Assembly (NCBI GenBank): GCA_018262735.1
Contig: JADFDR010000001.1
Span: 1-42,935 of the forward strand
DNA length: 42,935 nucleotides
Direction: 5' to 3'
Source: Geobacter sp.
GTDB taxonomy: Bacteria; Myxococcota_A; UBA9160; JADFDR01
A model generated the notes under the pieces. It saw nothing but the letters and a program-made list of their open reading frames with translations, was not told where the DNA came from and did no database searches. Shown piece after piece: positions 26,564 to 36,879 of the stretch; the stretch's first letter is position 1; every line of letters begins with the position of its first letter. Both the position numbers and the translations under genes were made by a program.

Positions 26564-26807
26564 CGTCGTTCTCCTCTTTTTCAGTTTCGCAATTCGCGCG
26601 ATTCGCGATGCTGCGATTTCTATTGTATTGGGGGTGGCGCCTCCAACTCTCCGTCGGAGCGATGCGGCTACCTCCGGCAATGCCCGAGGCAAACCTTCCG
26701 CGAATCGCGCGGCGGGCCGGACCTTAGCAAATTGACAGGATTTCGGTCGATCGGTTAGCGTGCCCAACGCCTGCTCGTCCATTTGAAAACCGCATGAGGT
26801 CCAAGCC

Positions 26808-27596
26808 GTGTATCGCAAGTTTTTCGCATTGACCCTTTTTGTATTGGCTGTCCTTGCAGGCGGTGCCTGTGCGTCGAAAACCCAAAACACATTCGATGAA
26901 AACACGACGGCGGAACAACTCTACAACGAAGGCGTTGCCAAGCTTTCCGACCAACAACACATTTTCGGCATCGACGTTACGGATTACGACGGTGCAATCG
27001 AAAAGTTTCAAAACGTAATCGACCACTTCCCCTACAGCGAGCACGCGGTGCTCGCCGAACTCAAGATCGCAGATACTTACTTCGCTCAGAAAAAATACGA
27101 CCAGGCCGCGTCGTACTATCGTGACTTTGCAGATCTTCACCCGCAGCATCCGGAAGTGCCTTACACGATCTACCAGACGGCGATCTGCCACTACAACCAG
27201 TCCAAAGAGTTTGACCGGGATCAAACCTCAAGCCGAAATGCCGTCGAAAGCTTTGATACTTTGATGCGGCGCTACCCGCAGTCCGAGTACGCCAAAGAAA
27301 GCGAGCCGAAGTGGAAAGAACTGCAGTTACGGCTCGCTCGGCGTGAGCTCATGATTGGAAATTACTATCTCGAGCGCACGGAATACTCCTCCGCTCTGCA
27401 GCGCTTCCAGGCTTTGCTCGACAGCTACCCTGGGCTCGGGCTCGACGCCGAGGCGCTATACAAAGTTGGCCTTTGCTACGCCAAGATGAATCGTCCGGCT
27501 GAGGCTACCCGCGCCTTCGATCTCGTAAAAAAGAATTATCCTGAAAGTAACTTCTCAAGTTTGGCTTCCAAAGTTACGACAAATCTACAAAACTAG
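26808..27596 (+). CDS. bamD: outer membrane protein assembly factor BamD (lipoprotein, TPR-like)
   Basis: Lipobox VLAGGAC after a signal peptide. AEQLYNEGVAKL, HFPYSEHAVLAELKIADTYF, YPQSEYA and GNYYLERTEYSSALQRFQ are typical of BamD/YfiO. GTG start. Confidence 0.85.
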   Translation: MYRKFFALTLFVLAVLAGGACASKTQNTFDENTTAEQLYNEGVAKLSDQQHIFGIDVTDYDGAIEKFQNVIDHFPYSEHAVLAELKIADTYFAQKKYDQAASYYRDFADLHPQHPEVPYTIYQTAICHYNQSKEFDRDQTSSRNAVESFDTLMRRYPQSEYAKESEPKWKELQLRLARRELMIGNYYLERTEYSSALQRFQALLDSYPGLGLDAEALYKVGLCYAKMNRPAEATRAFDLVKKNYPESNFSSLASKVTTNLQN

Positions 27597-27732
27597 GGTT
27601 CGCTCTAGAAAATCCCCCCGCCAAGATCGCCCTTACTGCGCGTTGGTTCCTCGCTTTTTTGTGATTCGAGGAACGTGCAGGATCGGCCCAAAAAGCAACT
27701 CGAAAACCAATTCGAAGGTGGAGGGAACCACA

Positions 27733-28464
27733 ATGAACGAAATGCAACGCTTGAATTTCACGCTCGGACAAGAGCGCTTATCGCGCGGCGAAACGGATGC
27801 CGCCGTCAAATCTTTCTGTGAACTCACGAAGAGCTGCCCGCAATTTGCGGACGTCCACTACTGGGCGGGACTCGCTTTCGAAAAACAAGGCAATCTCTTC
27901 GCAGCGACACGCAGCCTCGAAACCGCCATCGAGCTCAACCCGGCCTATGTCGAAGCTTTGATGGCACTTGCTTGTGTCTACGAGCAGCAAGGCAATTTCG
28001 AAAAAGCGAGCGTGCTCGCAAATCGTGCGCAGAGCGCAACGAACGCAACAACCGGCGGACTCGATCGCACGACGCGTGGCAAACTCGCCAATCTGCAGGC
28101 TCAACTTGGCGATGCATATCGCGAAGTCGGCGAGCTGCGTGAAGCCGCCGATGCGTATCGCAAGGCGCTCTATCGCTGTCCCGAATTTCACGACATTCGC
28201 ATTCGCCTGGCAGCGACACTGCGCGATCTCGGTTTGCCCAACCAAGCGATCCAAGAACTGCAACGCATTCTGCATCAGCAACCGGATTCGCAAACCGCAG
28301 CAAAGCAACTCGCGCTTACCTACTACAGCATCGGGAAAGTCGAACAAGCCGTCACAGAGTGGGAAAACCTTCTCACCAAGAATCCCGAGTGTCGTGAAGC
28401 CAAGATGTATCTGGACATGATTGCGAAACTCGATGTCGACCAACGCATTTCAGTTGCGAGCTAA
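27733..28464 (+). CDS. tetratricopeptide repeat protein
   Basis: Repeated A-x3-Y/F...A-x2-A..P TPR units (AGLAFEKQGNLFAATRSLETAIELNPAYVEAL, among others). The ATG at 27733 follows GGTGGAGGGA. Confidence 0.75.
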   Translation: MNEMQRLNFTLGQERLSRGETDAAVKSFCELTKSCPQFADVHYWAGLAFEKQGNLFAATRSLETAIELNPAYVEALMALACVYEQQGNFEKASVLANRAQSATNATTGGLDRTTRGKLANLQAQLGDAYREVGELREAADAYRKALYRCPEFHDIRIRLAATLRDLGLPNQAIQELQRILHQQPDSQTAAKQLALTYYSIGKVEQAVTEWENLLTKNPECREAKMYLDMIAKLDVDQRISVAS

Positions 28465-28475
28465 GGAATTCGCGC

Positions 28476-28985
28476 ATGGTTTCCGCCGATCTCGCGGTGC
28501 TCACGATCCTCGGCGTCGCGGCATTGCGCGGAGTTTTTCTCGGCCTGATCCGCGAGCTGTTTTCCGTCGCAGGCTTGGTCGCGGCATGTCTTGCGGTGCG
28601 TTTCCTCAATGCTCAGGCAACGCAAGCGCTGCTGGACATCCGTGGCCTTGAAGTGCCGGAGTTCGTGGTGCGCACCGGATGTGGCATCGCCATTGCAGTC
28701 GTTACACTTTTGCTTGTCCATTTGCTTGGCCGTCTCGTGCGACGCGGCGTGCAAGCGGTAGGCCTTGGGTGGGCAGATCGTGCGGCCGGAGGAATGCTTG
28801 GCGTTACGGAAGGCTTGCTCGTGGCCGGCATCGTACTCGCACTTGCCGTACTCGCACTCGGCAAAGAACACCGACTCGTCGCAAACTCCTATTCGCTCGC
28901 TACGCTCGAAACAATGCAAGGAATCGCAACACAAGAACAACCAACACTTCCAAGTGTCGCAGCGCCATCGATCTTTTCAAAATAA
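28476..28985 (+). CDS. cvpA: CvpA family membrane protein
   Basis: LAVLTILGVAALRGVFLGLIRELFSVAGLVAACLAV is the characteristic CvpA N-terminus. About 4 TM helices; 169 aa. Confidence 0.75.
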   Translation: MVSADLAVLTILGVAALRGVFLGLIRELFSVAGLVAACLAVRFLNAQATQALLDIRGLEVPEFVVRTGCGIAIAVVTLLLVHLLGRLVRRGVQAVGLGWADRAAGGMLGVTEGLLVAGIVLALAVLALGKEHRLVANSYSLATLETMQGIATQEQPTLPSVAAPSIFSK

Positions 28986-28995
28986 TACGTTTCAG

Positions 28996-29092
28996 GAGGC
29001 TCTGATCTATTTCGCTTGAGGAATGCGATCGCATTTTTCTCCGACGGAAAACATCAGCCTCGATTCGCGAAAAACGGGATGGATCCGAGGTG
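28996..29092 (+). repeat. MITE/REP-like palindromic repeat element, copy 3
   Basis: gaggctctgatctatttcgcttgaggaatgcgatcgcatttttctccgacggaaaacatcagcctcg...gggatggatccgagg. It aligns with copy 2 across its length, with a deletion of about 10 nt. Confidence 0.7.
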
Positions 29093-29097
29093 TCTTA

Positions 29098-29207
29098 GGA
29101 ATTTCCGATCCATTCCGTTTTTCGAGTATTTTTGCGAGCCATGTCGGATGTTTTCCGTCGGAGAAAGATCCCTCGCCTTTCGAAAGCGAAATGGATCAGA
29201 GGCTTCC
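29098..29207 (-). repeat. MITE/REP-like palindromic repeat element, copy 4 (inverted, abutting copy 3)
   Basis: The reverse complement reads ggaagcctctgatccatttcgctttcgaaaggcgagggatctttctccgacggaaaacatccgacatggctcgcaaaaatactcgaaaaacggaatggatcgg. The 19-nt core ttctccgacggaaaacatc (29037-29055) is a perfect inverted repeat of 29147-29165. Confidence 0.7.
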
Positions 29208-29241
29208 TTCGCATGTCGCTTGGATGCAGCAGCACATCTCT

Positions 29242-31293
29242 TTACGGCTCGATCCAGCGTCCATGCACACGAATCAATTCCACCAGCCGCTCAACGGCAT
29301 CGGCTTGATCGACGTTGCGCAGCACCAGTTCTTTTCCGACGTAAAGATTGATCTTTCCCGGCCCCGATCCAACATAACCGAAATCTGCGTCAGCCATTTC
29401 GCCAAGGCCGTTCACGACACAACCCATGATTGCGATCGACACACCTTGAAGATGGCCGGTGCGCGACTTGATGCGCGCCGTCACCGTTTCGAGATCGAAA
29501 AGCGTGCGACCGCACGACGGACACGAAACGAACTCCGCGCGCGAAATGCGACGACGTGCAGCCTGCAAAATTCGGTAGCCCAAATCGAGCGCATGGCCCG
29601 GCTCGAAAGCGCCATCGAGCACAATGGCATCGCCAATGCCGTCGCTGAGCATTGCGCCGAGATCGATCGCCGTATCGAGAAGCTTCCCTTGTGTCGTGCG
29701 AGTGATTTCCGTGTCGGCGGAATTGCATGCAGGGGCATGCAGTACCACCGGACAATCTGCAAAACCGCGTGCACGCAAACGTGCCAGCAAAACACGCAAC
29801 GCCGGTACGGCGCGCGAACTTGCGACGGAAACCAAAAAATTCGCCGACGTGCTGTAGAGATCGCAAAGACGCTCGGCAAGTTCACGAATCTGTGCCACGG
29901 AACCTTGGCAATGCCATTCGAGCGGCATCGCCGCCGAAACCGCGCGCGCATGCATGGCACGCAACTCTTCCTGCGTGCTTGTCGAAGATACGCCCACGAC
30001 CCAGCGCGAAACATCGGCATGCAGCTCGATATCACAATGGAGTGTCACTCGAAACGCAAGTGGCACCGCAAATCCGGCCTGCGCCAAATGCTGCGCAAAA
30101 TCGAGCGCACGCTTGGCTTCTTCTTCCGTCTCCACATCCGCAACAATGCCTTCGCAGCGAACTTCGGCAATTTGCGACAAGCTCGAATGAAACTTCTTTG
30201 CGTAGCTTGCAACATCGTGCGCTATTTTTCCGACGGAAATCTCGACGCGAATCGGATTCTCTCCACCAAGATCGAACTCCTGGGTCTGCACTGCGGCACA
30301 CGTCGCGCGCGGCAAAATCTGCGTGACGCGGCGACGATACGAATTCAAATCGTCGATTTCACACGCTTCGGGATCACGAGGCAAATCGGCCGCTTCTCTC
30401 CAGCGTGTCTCGTATCGTTGCGCCAAAAATTTTGCAACTGGCACCTCGGCAATGGGACTTTCGGTGAGCGAAACGCGAATCGTATCTCCAATCCCATCTT
30501 CGAGCAGTGCGCCAATGCCTACAGCGCTCTTGATTCGACCATCTTCGCCATCGCCTGCTTCGGTGACACCAAGATGAAACGGATAGCTCGGCGCACCTGG
30601 AGCGCGCTCCTCGAGGCATTCCGCGAGCAACCGGTATGCCTGGATCATCACGCGCGGATTGCTCGCCTTCATGCTGAAGACGACATCGAAATACTGCTCG
30701 GCTTCGCAAACATCCAAAAATTCAAGCGCGCTTTCTACCATACCTTTCGGTGTGTCACCAAAACGATTTAAGATGCGATCCGAAAGTGAACCATGATTCG
30801 TGCCGATGCGCAGCGTGCGACGCAGCACTTTGCAGCGTTGCACGAGGGGACGAAACATCTCCGCCACGCGCGCTACTTCCTCCGCATACTCGGCGTCGCT
30901 GTATTCACGCGTCTCGAAATGCTTGCGATCCGCGTAATTGCCGGGATTGATCCGAATTTTCTCGACGTGCTCGGCCGCAATCAAAGCAACTTTGGGTGAA
31001 AAATGGATGTCCGCCACAAGAGGCACACCGACACCTATTTGCGTCATTCGGGATCGAATTTGTGCAAGATTTTCTGCGTCGCGACTCGAGGGCACGGCAA
31101 GACGCACGATCTCGCATCCAGCTTGTGCAAGCGCAGCGATCTGCGCCAGCGTCGCTTCGGTATCGAGCGTATTCGTATTCGTCATGGATTGGATGCGCAG
31201 CGGATTTTCACCGCCTACCGCAACCGAGCCGATCCGCACTTCGCGCGTTGCACGACGTACGGGAGAAAAACGGCGGAGCGACTGCGGCGTCAC
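29242..31293 (-). CDS. ispG: 4-hydroxy-3-methylbut-2-en-1-yl diphosphate synthase, long three-domain form
   Basis: VRIGSVAVGGENPLRIQSMTNT and IVRLAVPS, then the Fe-S ligand contexts FVSCPSCGRT and GCVVNGLGE near the C-terminus. At 683 aa versus ~370 aa for the two-domain form, it implies a large central insert domain. Confidence 0.9.
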   Translation of the reverse strand: MTPQSLRRFSPVRRATREVRIGSVAVGGENPLRIQSMTNTNTLDTEATLAQIAALAQAGCEIVRLAVPSSRDAENLAQIRSRMTQIGVGVPLVADIHFSPKVALIAAEHVEKIRINPGNYADRKHFETREYSDAEYAEEVARVAEMFRPLVQRCKVLRRTLRIGTNHGSLSDRILNRFGDTPKGMVESALEFLDVCEAEQYFDVVFSMKASNPRVMIQAYRLLAECLEERAPGAPSYPFHLGVTEAGDGEDGRIKSAVGIGALLEDGIGDTIRVSLTESPIAEVPVAKFLAQRYETRWREAADLPRDPEACEIDDLNSYRRRVTQILPRATCAAVQTQEFDLGGENPIRVEISVGKIAHDVASYAKKFHSSLSQIAEVRCEGIVADVETEEEAKRALDFAQHLAQAGFAVPLAFRVTLHCDIELHADVSRWVVGVSSTSTQEELRAMHARAVSAAMPLEWHCQGSVAQIRELAERLCDLYSTSANFLVSVASSRAVPALRVLLARLRARGFADCPVVLHAPACNSADTEITRTTQGKLLDTAIDLGAMLSDGIGDAIVLDGAFEPGHALDLGYRILQAARRRISRAEFVSCPSCGRTLFDLETVTARIKSRTGHLQGVSIAIMGCVVNGLGEMADADFGYVGSGPGKINLYVGKELVLRNVDQADAVERLVELIRVHGRWIEP

Positions 31294-31305
31294 GATCTTC
31301 CCTTG

Positions 31306-33963
31306 CTAGCGTGCCGCTTCGACGAGGTGGTAGAGCTTTTCGATTGCAGCATCGATCTGCGAAGCGTCACTGCCTCCGGCTTGCGCAAAGTCGGGGCGTC
31401 CGCCGCCCTTGCCACCCACGATTTCGGCAATCTCGCGAATCAACTCGCCCGCGTGATAACGCCCCTTCAAATCGGGCGTCACGCCAAGCGCAATCGCAAC
31501 TTTTCCGTCGGATTCAGCGGCCAAAAGAACGATCCCGCTCTGAATGCGATTGCGGCACTCATCGACCAAATCGCGCAGCACCTTCGCGTCGGCACCCGGC
31601 GCACGCGTAGCGAGCACTTTGATTCCAGCGATCTCTTTTACATCCGCAGCAAGCTCACGCGGCGCACCACCACCCGAACGACGCAGCGTTTCGATTTCTT
31701 TCTGCGCGCTCTTTCGCTCCTGCAAAAGCTTTTCCACGCGTGACACTACTTCGTGTTGAGACACTTTGAGCAAGCTCGCCGTCTCGCGCAATTTTTGCTC
31801 TTGCGCACGCGCATGCGCCACGGCGCCTGCGCCCGTGAGCGCCTCGATGCGTCGCACTCCGGCTGCAATTCCGGATTCCGAAACGATCTTGAAAAATCCG
31901 ATCTCTCCCGTGGCTTGCGCATGCGTACCTCCACACAATTCGGTGGAAACATCGCCAAAGCACACCACGCGTACGCGATCGCCATATTTCTCTTCGAAGA
32001 TCGCCATCGCACCGGATTCAATGGCTTCTGCATACGCCGTCTCGCGCACCACACGCGACGCATTCGCCACGACCCAGAGATTGACCAAATCCTCGATTCG
32101 CTCAATCTCGACATCTGTCAACGCCTGGTCATGCGTGAAATCGAAACGCAAACGCTCGGGGCCAACGAGCGAACCTTTTTGCATCGCTTGCGGTCCGAGC
32201 ACCTGACGCAATGCCGCATGCAAAAGATGCGTGCCCGAGTGATTGCGTACGGTTGCTGCTCGCGTCGCGCGATCGACGCTCAACGTCGCATCCTCATCGA
32301 CACGAATCGTTCCGGCTTCAATGACACCGAAATGCGACACGAGTCCTTCGACGGGTTTTTTCGTGGAATCAATCCGTACGCGTGCACCGGCCGCCGTCGT
32401 CACGCGTCCCGCATCGCCAAGCTGTCCACCGCTTTCGGCATAGAAGGGAGTATCCAAGAAAAAAAGCTCGACCTTATCACCGACGGAAGCAGCGTTCACC
32501 AACTCGCCGTTTTTGAGTACCGCCTTGAGGCTCGACATGAGTTCGAGCGTCTCGTAGCCATGAAAGTTTGTTTTGAAATCTGCTGCGAGGCGTCCGTACA
32601 CTTCGTCGATCGACGTGTCTCCGCTGCCCTTCCAGGCCGCGCGTGCCCGCGTTCGCTGCTCCTGCATCGCCGACTCAAAGCCTGCATGATCGACGCGCAG
32701 GGAGTGACCGCGCAGAATATCTTCCGTCAGATCGAGTGGAAAACCATAGGTATCGTAGAGCTTAAACGCCACGTCACCCGACAAAACATCTTGCCCGCGC
32801 AAGCGAGCGATCTCCGACTCGAGAATCACCAAACCCTTCGAGAGCGTTTCCGAAAAACGCTCCTCTTCGCGACGAATGCGATCCGTAATGTAGGCGCGCC
32901 GTTCCGCGAGTTCCGGATACACCGACGCCATTTCGTCGATCACCGTTTCGGCGACGCGATACAAGAAAGGCTCGTTCAATCCGAGCAAAACACCATGACG
33001 TGCAGCTCGGCGCAAGATGCGGCGTAACACATAACCGCGTCCTTCGTTCGACGGCAATACTCCATCGCCGATCAAGAACGTGATCGAACGAGCATGATCC
33101 GCCACGACATTGAGCGAAACGTCTTTCTCCGGGTCTTCGCCTTTTCGGGTCTTCGAAAGTTCTTCGGCGCGCGCAAGAATCGACCGAAACAAATCAGTGT
33201 CAAAATTCGATCGCACACCCTGCAAGACTGCCGCAATCCGTTCAAGTCCGGCGCCCGTATCGATGGAAGGCTTGGGGAGTCGCGCCGTCGCACCCGACGC
33301 ATCGCGGTTGTACTGCATGAAAACGAGGTTCCAAATTTCGAGGAATCGACCACAATCGCAAGACGGATCGCAGTCGTCCTGCGTACATTTCGCCTGCTTT
33401 CCGAAATCCATATGAATCTCGGAACAAGGTCCACACGGTCCGGTGTCACCCATCGACCAGAAATTTTGAGACTCATCGAGGCGAAATATTTTTTTCTCGG
33501 GAACTTGCATCTGATCGCGCCAAATCGCATACGCCTCATCGTCTTCATGAAAAACCGAAACGACCATGCGTTCTGCGGGAAGCTGCAAAACCTGGGTTAG
33601 AAATTCCCAGGCATAACGGATCGCATCTTCTTTGAAATAATCGCCAAAAGAAAAATTGCCGAGCATCTCGAAAAAGGTGTGATGACGCGGCGTGCGTCCG
33701 ACGTTCTCGAGATCGTTGTGCTTGCCCGAAACACGCATGCATTTTTGCGACGATACAGCGCGCACATAGTCACGCGCTTCTTCGCCAAGAAAGACGCGCT
33801 TGAACGGCACCATGCCGGCGTTCGTAAAAAGAAGAGTCGGATCCGAATCGGGAATCAGCGAAGCGCTCGCTACGCGGCGATGCCCCTGCGCTTCAAAAAA
33901 GCGCAAAAATGCTTCGCGAATCTCGCTGCCTGTCTTGGGCGCTTTTGGCGGCGCTGCGACCAT
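31306..33963 (-). CDS. alaS: alanine--tRNA ligase
   Basis: SEIREAFLRFFEAQGHRRVASASLIP..DPTLLFTNAGMVPFK, GNFSFGDYFK, editing-domain HSGTHLLH and CGGTH. The start is taken at the ATG at 33963 (MVAAPPK...). Confidence 0.95.
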   Translation of the reverse strand: MVAAPPKAPKTGSEIREAFLRFFEAQGHRRVASASLIPDSDPTLLFTNAGMVPFKRVFLGEEARDYVRAVSSQKCMRVSGKHNDLENVGRTPRHHTFFEMLGNFSFGDYFKEDAIRYAWEFLTQVLQLPAERMVVSVFHEDDEAYAIWRDQMQVPEKKIFRLDESQNFWSMGDTGPCGPCSEIHMDFGKQAKCTQDDCDPSCDCGRFLEIWNLVFMQYNRDASGATARLPKPSIDTGAGLERIAAVLQGVRSNFDTDLFRSILARAEELSKTRKGEDPEKDVSLNVVADHARSITFLIGDGVLPSNEGRGYVLRRILRRAARHGVLLGLNEPFLYRVAETVIDEMASVYPELAERRAYITDRIRREEERFSETLSKGLVILESEIARLRGQDVLSGDVAFKLYDTYGFPLDLTEDILRGHSLRVDHAGFESAMQEQRTRARAAWKGSGDTSIDEVYGRLAADFKTNFHGYETLELMSSLKAVLKNGELVNAASVGDKVELFFLDTPFYAESGGQLGDAGRVTTAAGARVRIDSTKKPVEGLVSHFGVIEAGTIRVDEDATLSVDRATRAATVRNHSGTHLLHAALRQVLGPQAMQKGSLVGPERLRFDFTHDQALTDVEIERIEDLVNLWVVANASRVVRETAYAEAIESGAMAIFEEKYGDRVRVVCFGDVSTELCGGTHAQATGEIGFFKIVSESGIAAGVRRIEALTGAGAVAHARAQEQKLRETASLLKVSQHEVVSRVEKLLQERKSAQKEIETLRRSGGGAPRELAADVKEIAGIKVLATRAPGADAKVLRDLVDECRNRIQSGIVLLAAESDGKVAIALGVTPDLKGRYHAGELIREIAEIVGGKGGGRPDFAQAGGSDASQIDAAIEKLYHLVEAAR

Positions 33964-34105
33964 GAATGCGTTCCTCGTTTTGTAGTTTCGAAGCGAACTT
34001 CCTCGGTGATTTTGCAAAGGGGCGCCCGAAAAACAGAGCCGCCTACTATACAGGACTCATTTGCTCACGGCAGACCCTGTACTCGGGATACGCGAAGAGG
34101 AATTG

Positions 34106-34142
34106 AAAAGCGCGCCGCAGCATTCGCTACGGCGCGCTTTTT
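34106..34142 (-). terminator. rho-independent terminator downstream of pilT (symmetrical, possibly bidirectional)
   Basis: aaaaGCGCGCCG-cagcattcgcta-CGGCGCGCttttt forms an 8-bp GC stem (34110-34117 / 34130-34137) flanked by an A-tract and a T-tract. It lies 14 nt after the pilT stop. Confidence 0.7.
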
Positions 34143-34155
34143 AAAAACACGAAAA

Positions 34156-35376
34156 CTAGAAGCGCTCAATATCGAGATTGAGTTCACCTTCTTCCGAGGG
34201 CGGCGGCGCCGCCGAATCGTCATCAAGAAACACTTCCGCAGCGGCACCTTTCTGAGCGCCTCCGCCACTCGACTTCTCGAAATCGTCCCACTCTCCGTCC
34301 GAAGTACCTGAAATGCCTTTGTAACGCAGCGCAAAGTCATCGACGTTCGAAACGTGATTCAGCGCTTCTTCGTAGGTAACGAGACCTTGCTTCACCAAAC
34401 TCATCAACGATTGATCGAACGTCTGCATGCCATAAGTCGTATATCCACCGGCGATCGCCTCGTGAATTTCCTTCGTGCGATCCTTGTCCGCGATGCACTC
34501 GCGGATGCGCGCACTCGCCACCATCACTTCAAGCGCCGGTACACGACCTTTTCCGTCGGCACGCGGAACGAGGCGCTGCGAAATCACCGCCTTCAAAATG
34601 CTCGACAACTGCAAGCGCACTTGCCGCTGCTGATAAGGCGGAAACACAGAAATGATACGGTTGATGGTTTCCGTCGCGTCAAGCGTGTGCAACGTACTCA
34701 TCACCAAGTGGCCCGTTTCCGCCGCCGTGAGAGCGGTCTCCACTGTTTCAAGATCGCGCATTTCGCCAACGAGAATCACGTCGGGATCTTGGCGCAAAGA
34801 GGCGCGCATCGCAGCCGCAAAACTCAAGGTATCCGCACCGATCTCGCGCTGATTCACGATCGAGCGGCGATCGCGCAACAAAAACTCGATCGGATCTTCG
34901 ACCGTCACGATGTGACAAGTGCGATTCGTGTTGATGTGTTCAATCATGGCCGCGAGCGTCGTCGATTTGCCCGAGCCCGTCGTGCCCGTCACCAAAATCA
35001 AGCCGCGATGCTCCAGCGCAATGTTTTCCACCACCGACGGAAGATGCAGCTGATCGGTCGTCTTGACACTAAAGGGGATCACACGAAATACGATGCCGAC
35101 CGTGCCACGTTGCTGAAATACGTTCACACGAAAACGGCCCAGACCGGGAATGCCATGTGCCAAGTCCGCTTCGTGATGCGTCTCGTACCGCTCGCGCTGC
35201 ACGGGATTCATGATCGAATAGGCCATCTTCTTCAATGTGTCGGGCATCAAGCGCTCGCCGTTTTTCAACGGGACCAAGGCACCGTCAACCCGAAACATCG
35301 GCGGAAGGCCAGCTTTGCAGTGGATATCCGAGGCGCCTCCTTTAAGAGCAACCTTCAGAATGTCGTTCAGTTCCAT
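34156..35376 (-). CDS. pilT: type IV pilus twitching-motility ATPase PilT
   Basis: MELNDILKVALKGGASDIHCKAGLPPMFRVDG, Walker A GTTGSGKSTT, LRQDPDVILVGEMRD and TLHT. It has a ~45-aa acidic C-terminal extension. Confidence 0.9.
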   Translation of the reverse strand: MELNDILKVALKGGASDIHCKAGLPPMFRVDGALVPLKNGERLMPDTLKKMAYSIMNPVQRERYETHHEADLAHGIPGLGRFRVNVFQQRGTVGIVFRVIPFSVKTTDQLHLPSVVENIALEHRGLILVTGTTGSGKSTTLAAMIEHINTNRTCHIVTVEDPIEFLLRDRRSIVNQREIGADTLSFAAAMRASLRQDPDVILVGEMRDLETVETALTAAETGHLVMSTLHTLDATETINRIISVFPPYQQRQVRLQLSSILKAVISQRLVPRADGKGRVPALEVMVASARIRECIADKDRTKEIHEAIAGGYTTYGMQTFDQSLMSLVKQGLVTYEEALNHVSNVDDFALRYKGISGTSDGEWDDFEKSSGGGAQKGAAAEVFLDDDSAAPPPSEEGELNLDIERF

Positions 35377-35618
35377 AGCGAGGCACACCCTCCGTTTTGG
35401 CGTATCACCAATCTGCGTTCGTCGTGCAATCTGCGTTTGGTCAACCGACTCGAAGATGAAAATGAGCGGAAAACACTCGCCTACGGGGATATCTTCGACT
35501 CATTCCCCGCATCCCTTGAGCCCCGTGAAAACAAAGTTTTGCAAATTGGGGCAAGGACTTCTGTCGTGAGATTGCCCCTAGGGCACCTGCTCTTCCGTCC
35601 GAGAGTCCTGCGGATTGC

Positions 35619-35658
35619 AGAAAACAACACGCGGGCATGACGTTTCCGCCATGCCCGC
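35619..35658 (-). terminator. probable rho-independent terminator downstream of recA
   Basis: GCGGGCATG (35631-35639) pairs with CATGCCCGC (35650-35658) as a 9-bp stem with a 10-nt loop. On the minus strand it is followed by gtgttgttttctg. Confidence 0.55.
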
Positions 35659-35736
35659 GCACTCTTCGTCGTTTCTCGATTTGCGCGCTGTCTGCTGCGC
35701 GCGAATTGCGAGCCGCCCGACAGCACTGTCGCTGCT

Positions 35737-36828
35737 TTATTCGTTTTCCTCGACGGAATCCTCAGAATCATGCTCAACCGGGACCGGCTGCTTCAGTCCC
35801 TTGATCGCATAAACTGCCTCTGCGATCCGCTCAAAAATTTCCGGATTTTCTTTCAGGAATTTACGCGCGTTTTCACGACCCTGCCCAATGCGTTCGCCCG
35901 AGTACGAATACCAGGAACCGCTCTTCTCGACGATGCCTGCCTCCGAAGCCAGATCCAGGAGATCACCCTCTTTCGAAATCCCCTCGTTGTACAGAATGTC
36001 AAACTCGGCTTGACGGAAGGGTGGTGCCACTTTGTTTTTGACGACCTTGACCCGCGTCCTACTTCCTGTGACTTCTTCTCCTTCCTTGATCGCACCAATG
36101 CGACGCACATCGAGACGCACCGAGGAATAAAACTTAAGTGCGTTACCACCCGTCGTCGTTTCGGGGTTGCCAAACATCACGCCGATCTTCATCCGGATCT
36201 GATTGATGAAGGCGATCGTAGTGCCCGACTTCGCCGCCGTCGCAGTGAGTTTGCGCAACGCTTGGCTCATGAGTCGTGCTTGCAAACCCATGTGGCTATC
36301 GCCCATCTCGCCTTCAATTTCGGCACGCGGCACGAGTGCGGCCACCGAATCGATCACGATCAAATCGACAGCACCCGAACGCACCAGCATGTCGACGATC
36401 TCCAGCGCCTGCTCGCCGGTGTCGGGTTGCGAAACGAGGAGATTCTCCACATCGACACCGAGTTTTCGCGCATAGCCCACATCAAGAGCGTGCTCAGCGT
36501 CGACGAACGCAGTAACACCACCTTTTTTCTGGCACTCGGCAACAGCATGCAACATCAACGTCGTCTTACCGCTCGACTCCGGACCAAAAATCTCGATGAC
36601 GCGTCCCTTGGGATAACCCCCGATGCCCAATGCGAGATCCAAGCTCGGCGACCCCGACGAAAAGAAGTCAATCTCGCGATTGATCGCCTCTTCGTTCATC
36701 GTAAAGATCGCACCTTTTCCGAACTGCTTTTCGATCGACGATACGGCGGTCTCGATCGCCTTGCGCTTCTCCTCCAGGAATGTGCTCTTCTTATTGGCCT
36801 TCTTGCTTTGTTCACTATTTTGTGTCAT
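35737..36828 (-). CDS. recA: recombinase RecA
   Basis: [58 protein letters not shown] and [28 protein letters not shown]. Confidence 0.97.
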   Translation of the reverse strand: MTQNSEQSKKANKKSTFLEEKRKAIETAVSSIEKQFGKGAIFTMNEEAINREIDFFSSGSPSLDLALGIGGYPKGRVIEIFGPESSGKTTLMLHAVAECQKKGGVTAFVDAEHALDVGYARKLGVDVENLLVSQPDTGEQALEIVDMLVRSGAVDLIVIDSVAALVPRAEIEGEMGDSHMGLQARLMSQALRKLTATAAKSGTTIAFINQIRMKIGVMFGNPETTTGGNALKFYSSVRLDVRRIGAIKEGEEVTGSRTRVKVVKNKVAPPFRQAEFDILYNEGISKEGDLLDLASEAGIVEKSGSWYSYSGERIGQGRENARKFLKENPEIFERIAEAVYAIKGLKQPVPVEHDSEDSVEENE

Positions 36829-36879
36829 TGCCTGTCTCCTTTTTTCGTTTGTGTCTTTTCGATTTTCTTATTTCCGCTT

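Noticed and set aside
27646-27674. Hairpin GTTCCTCG-(13 nt)-CGAGGAAC downstream of bamD, considered as a terminator
   Set aside because: No T-tract follows the 8-bp stem and the loop is long. It may simply lie within the 5' leader of the TPR gene.
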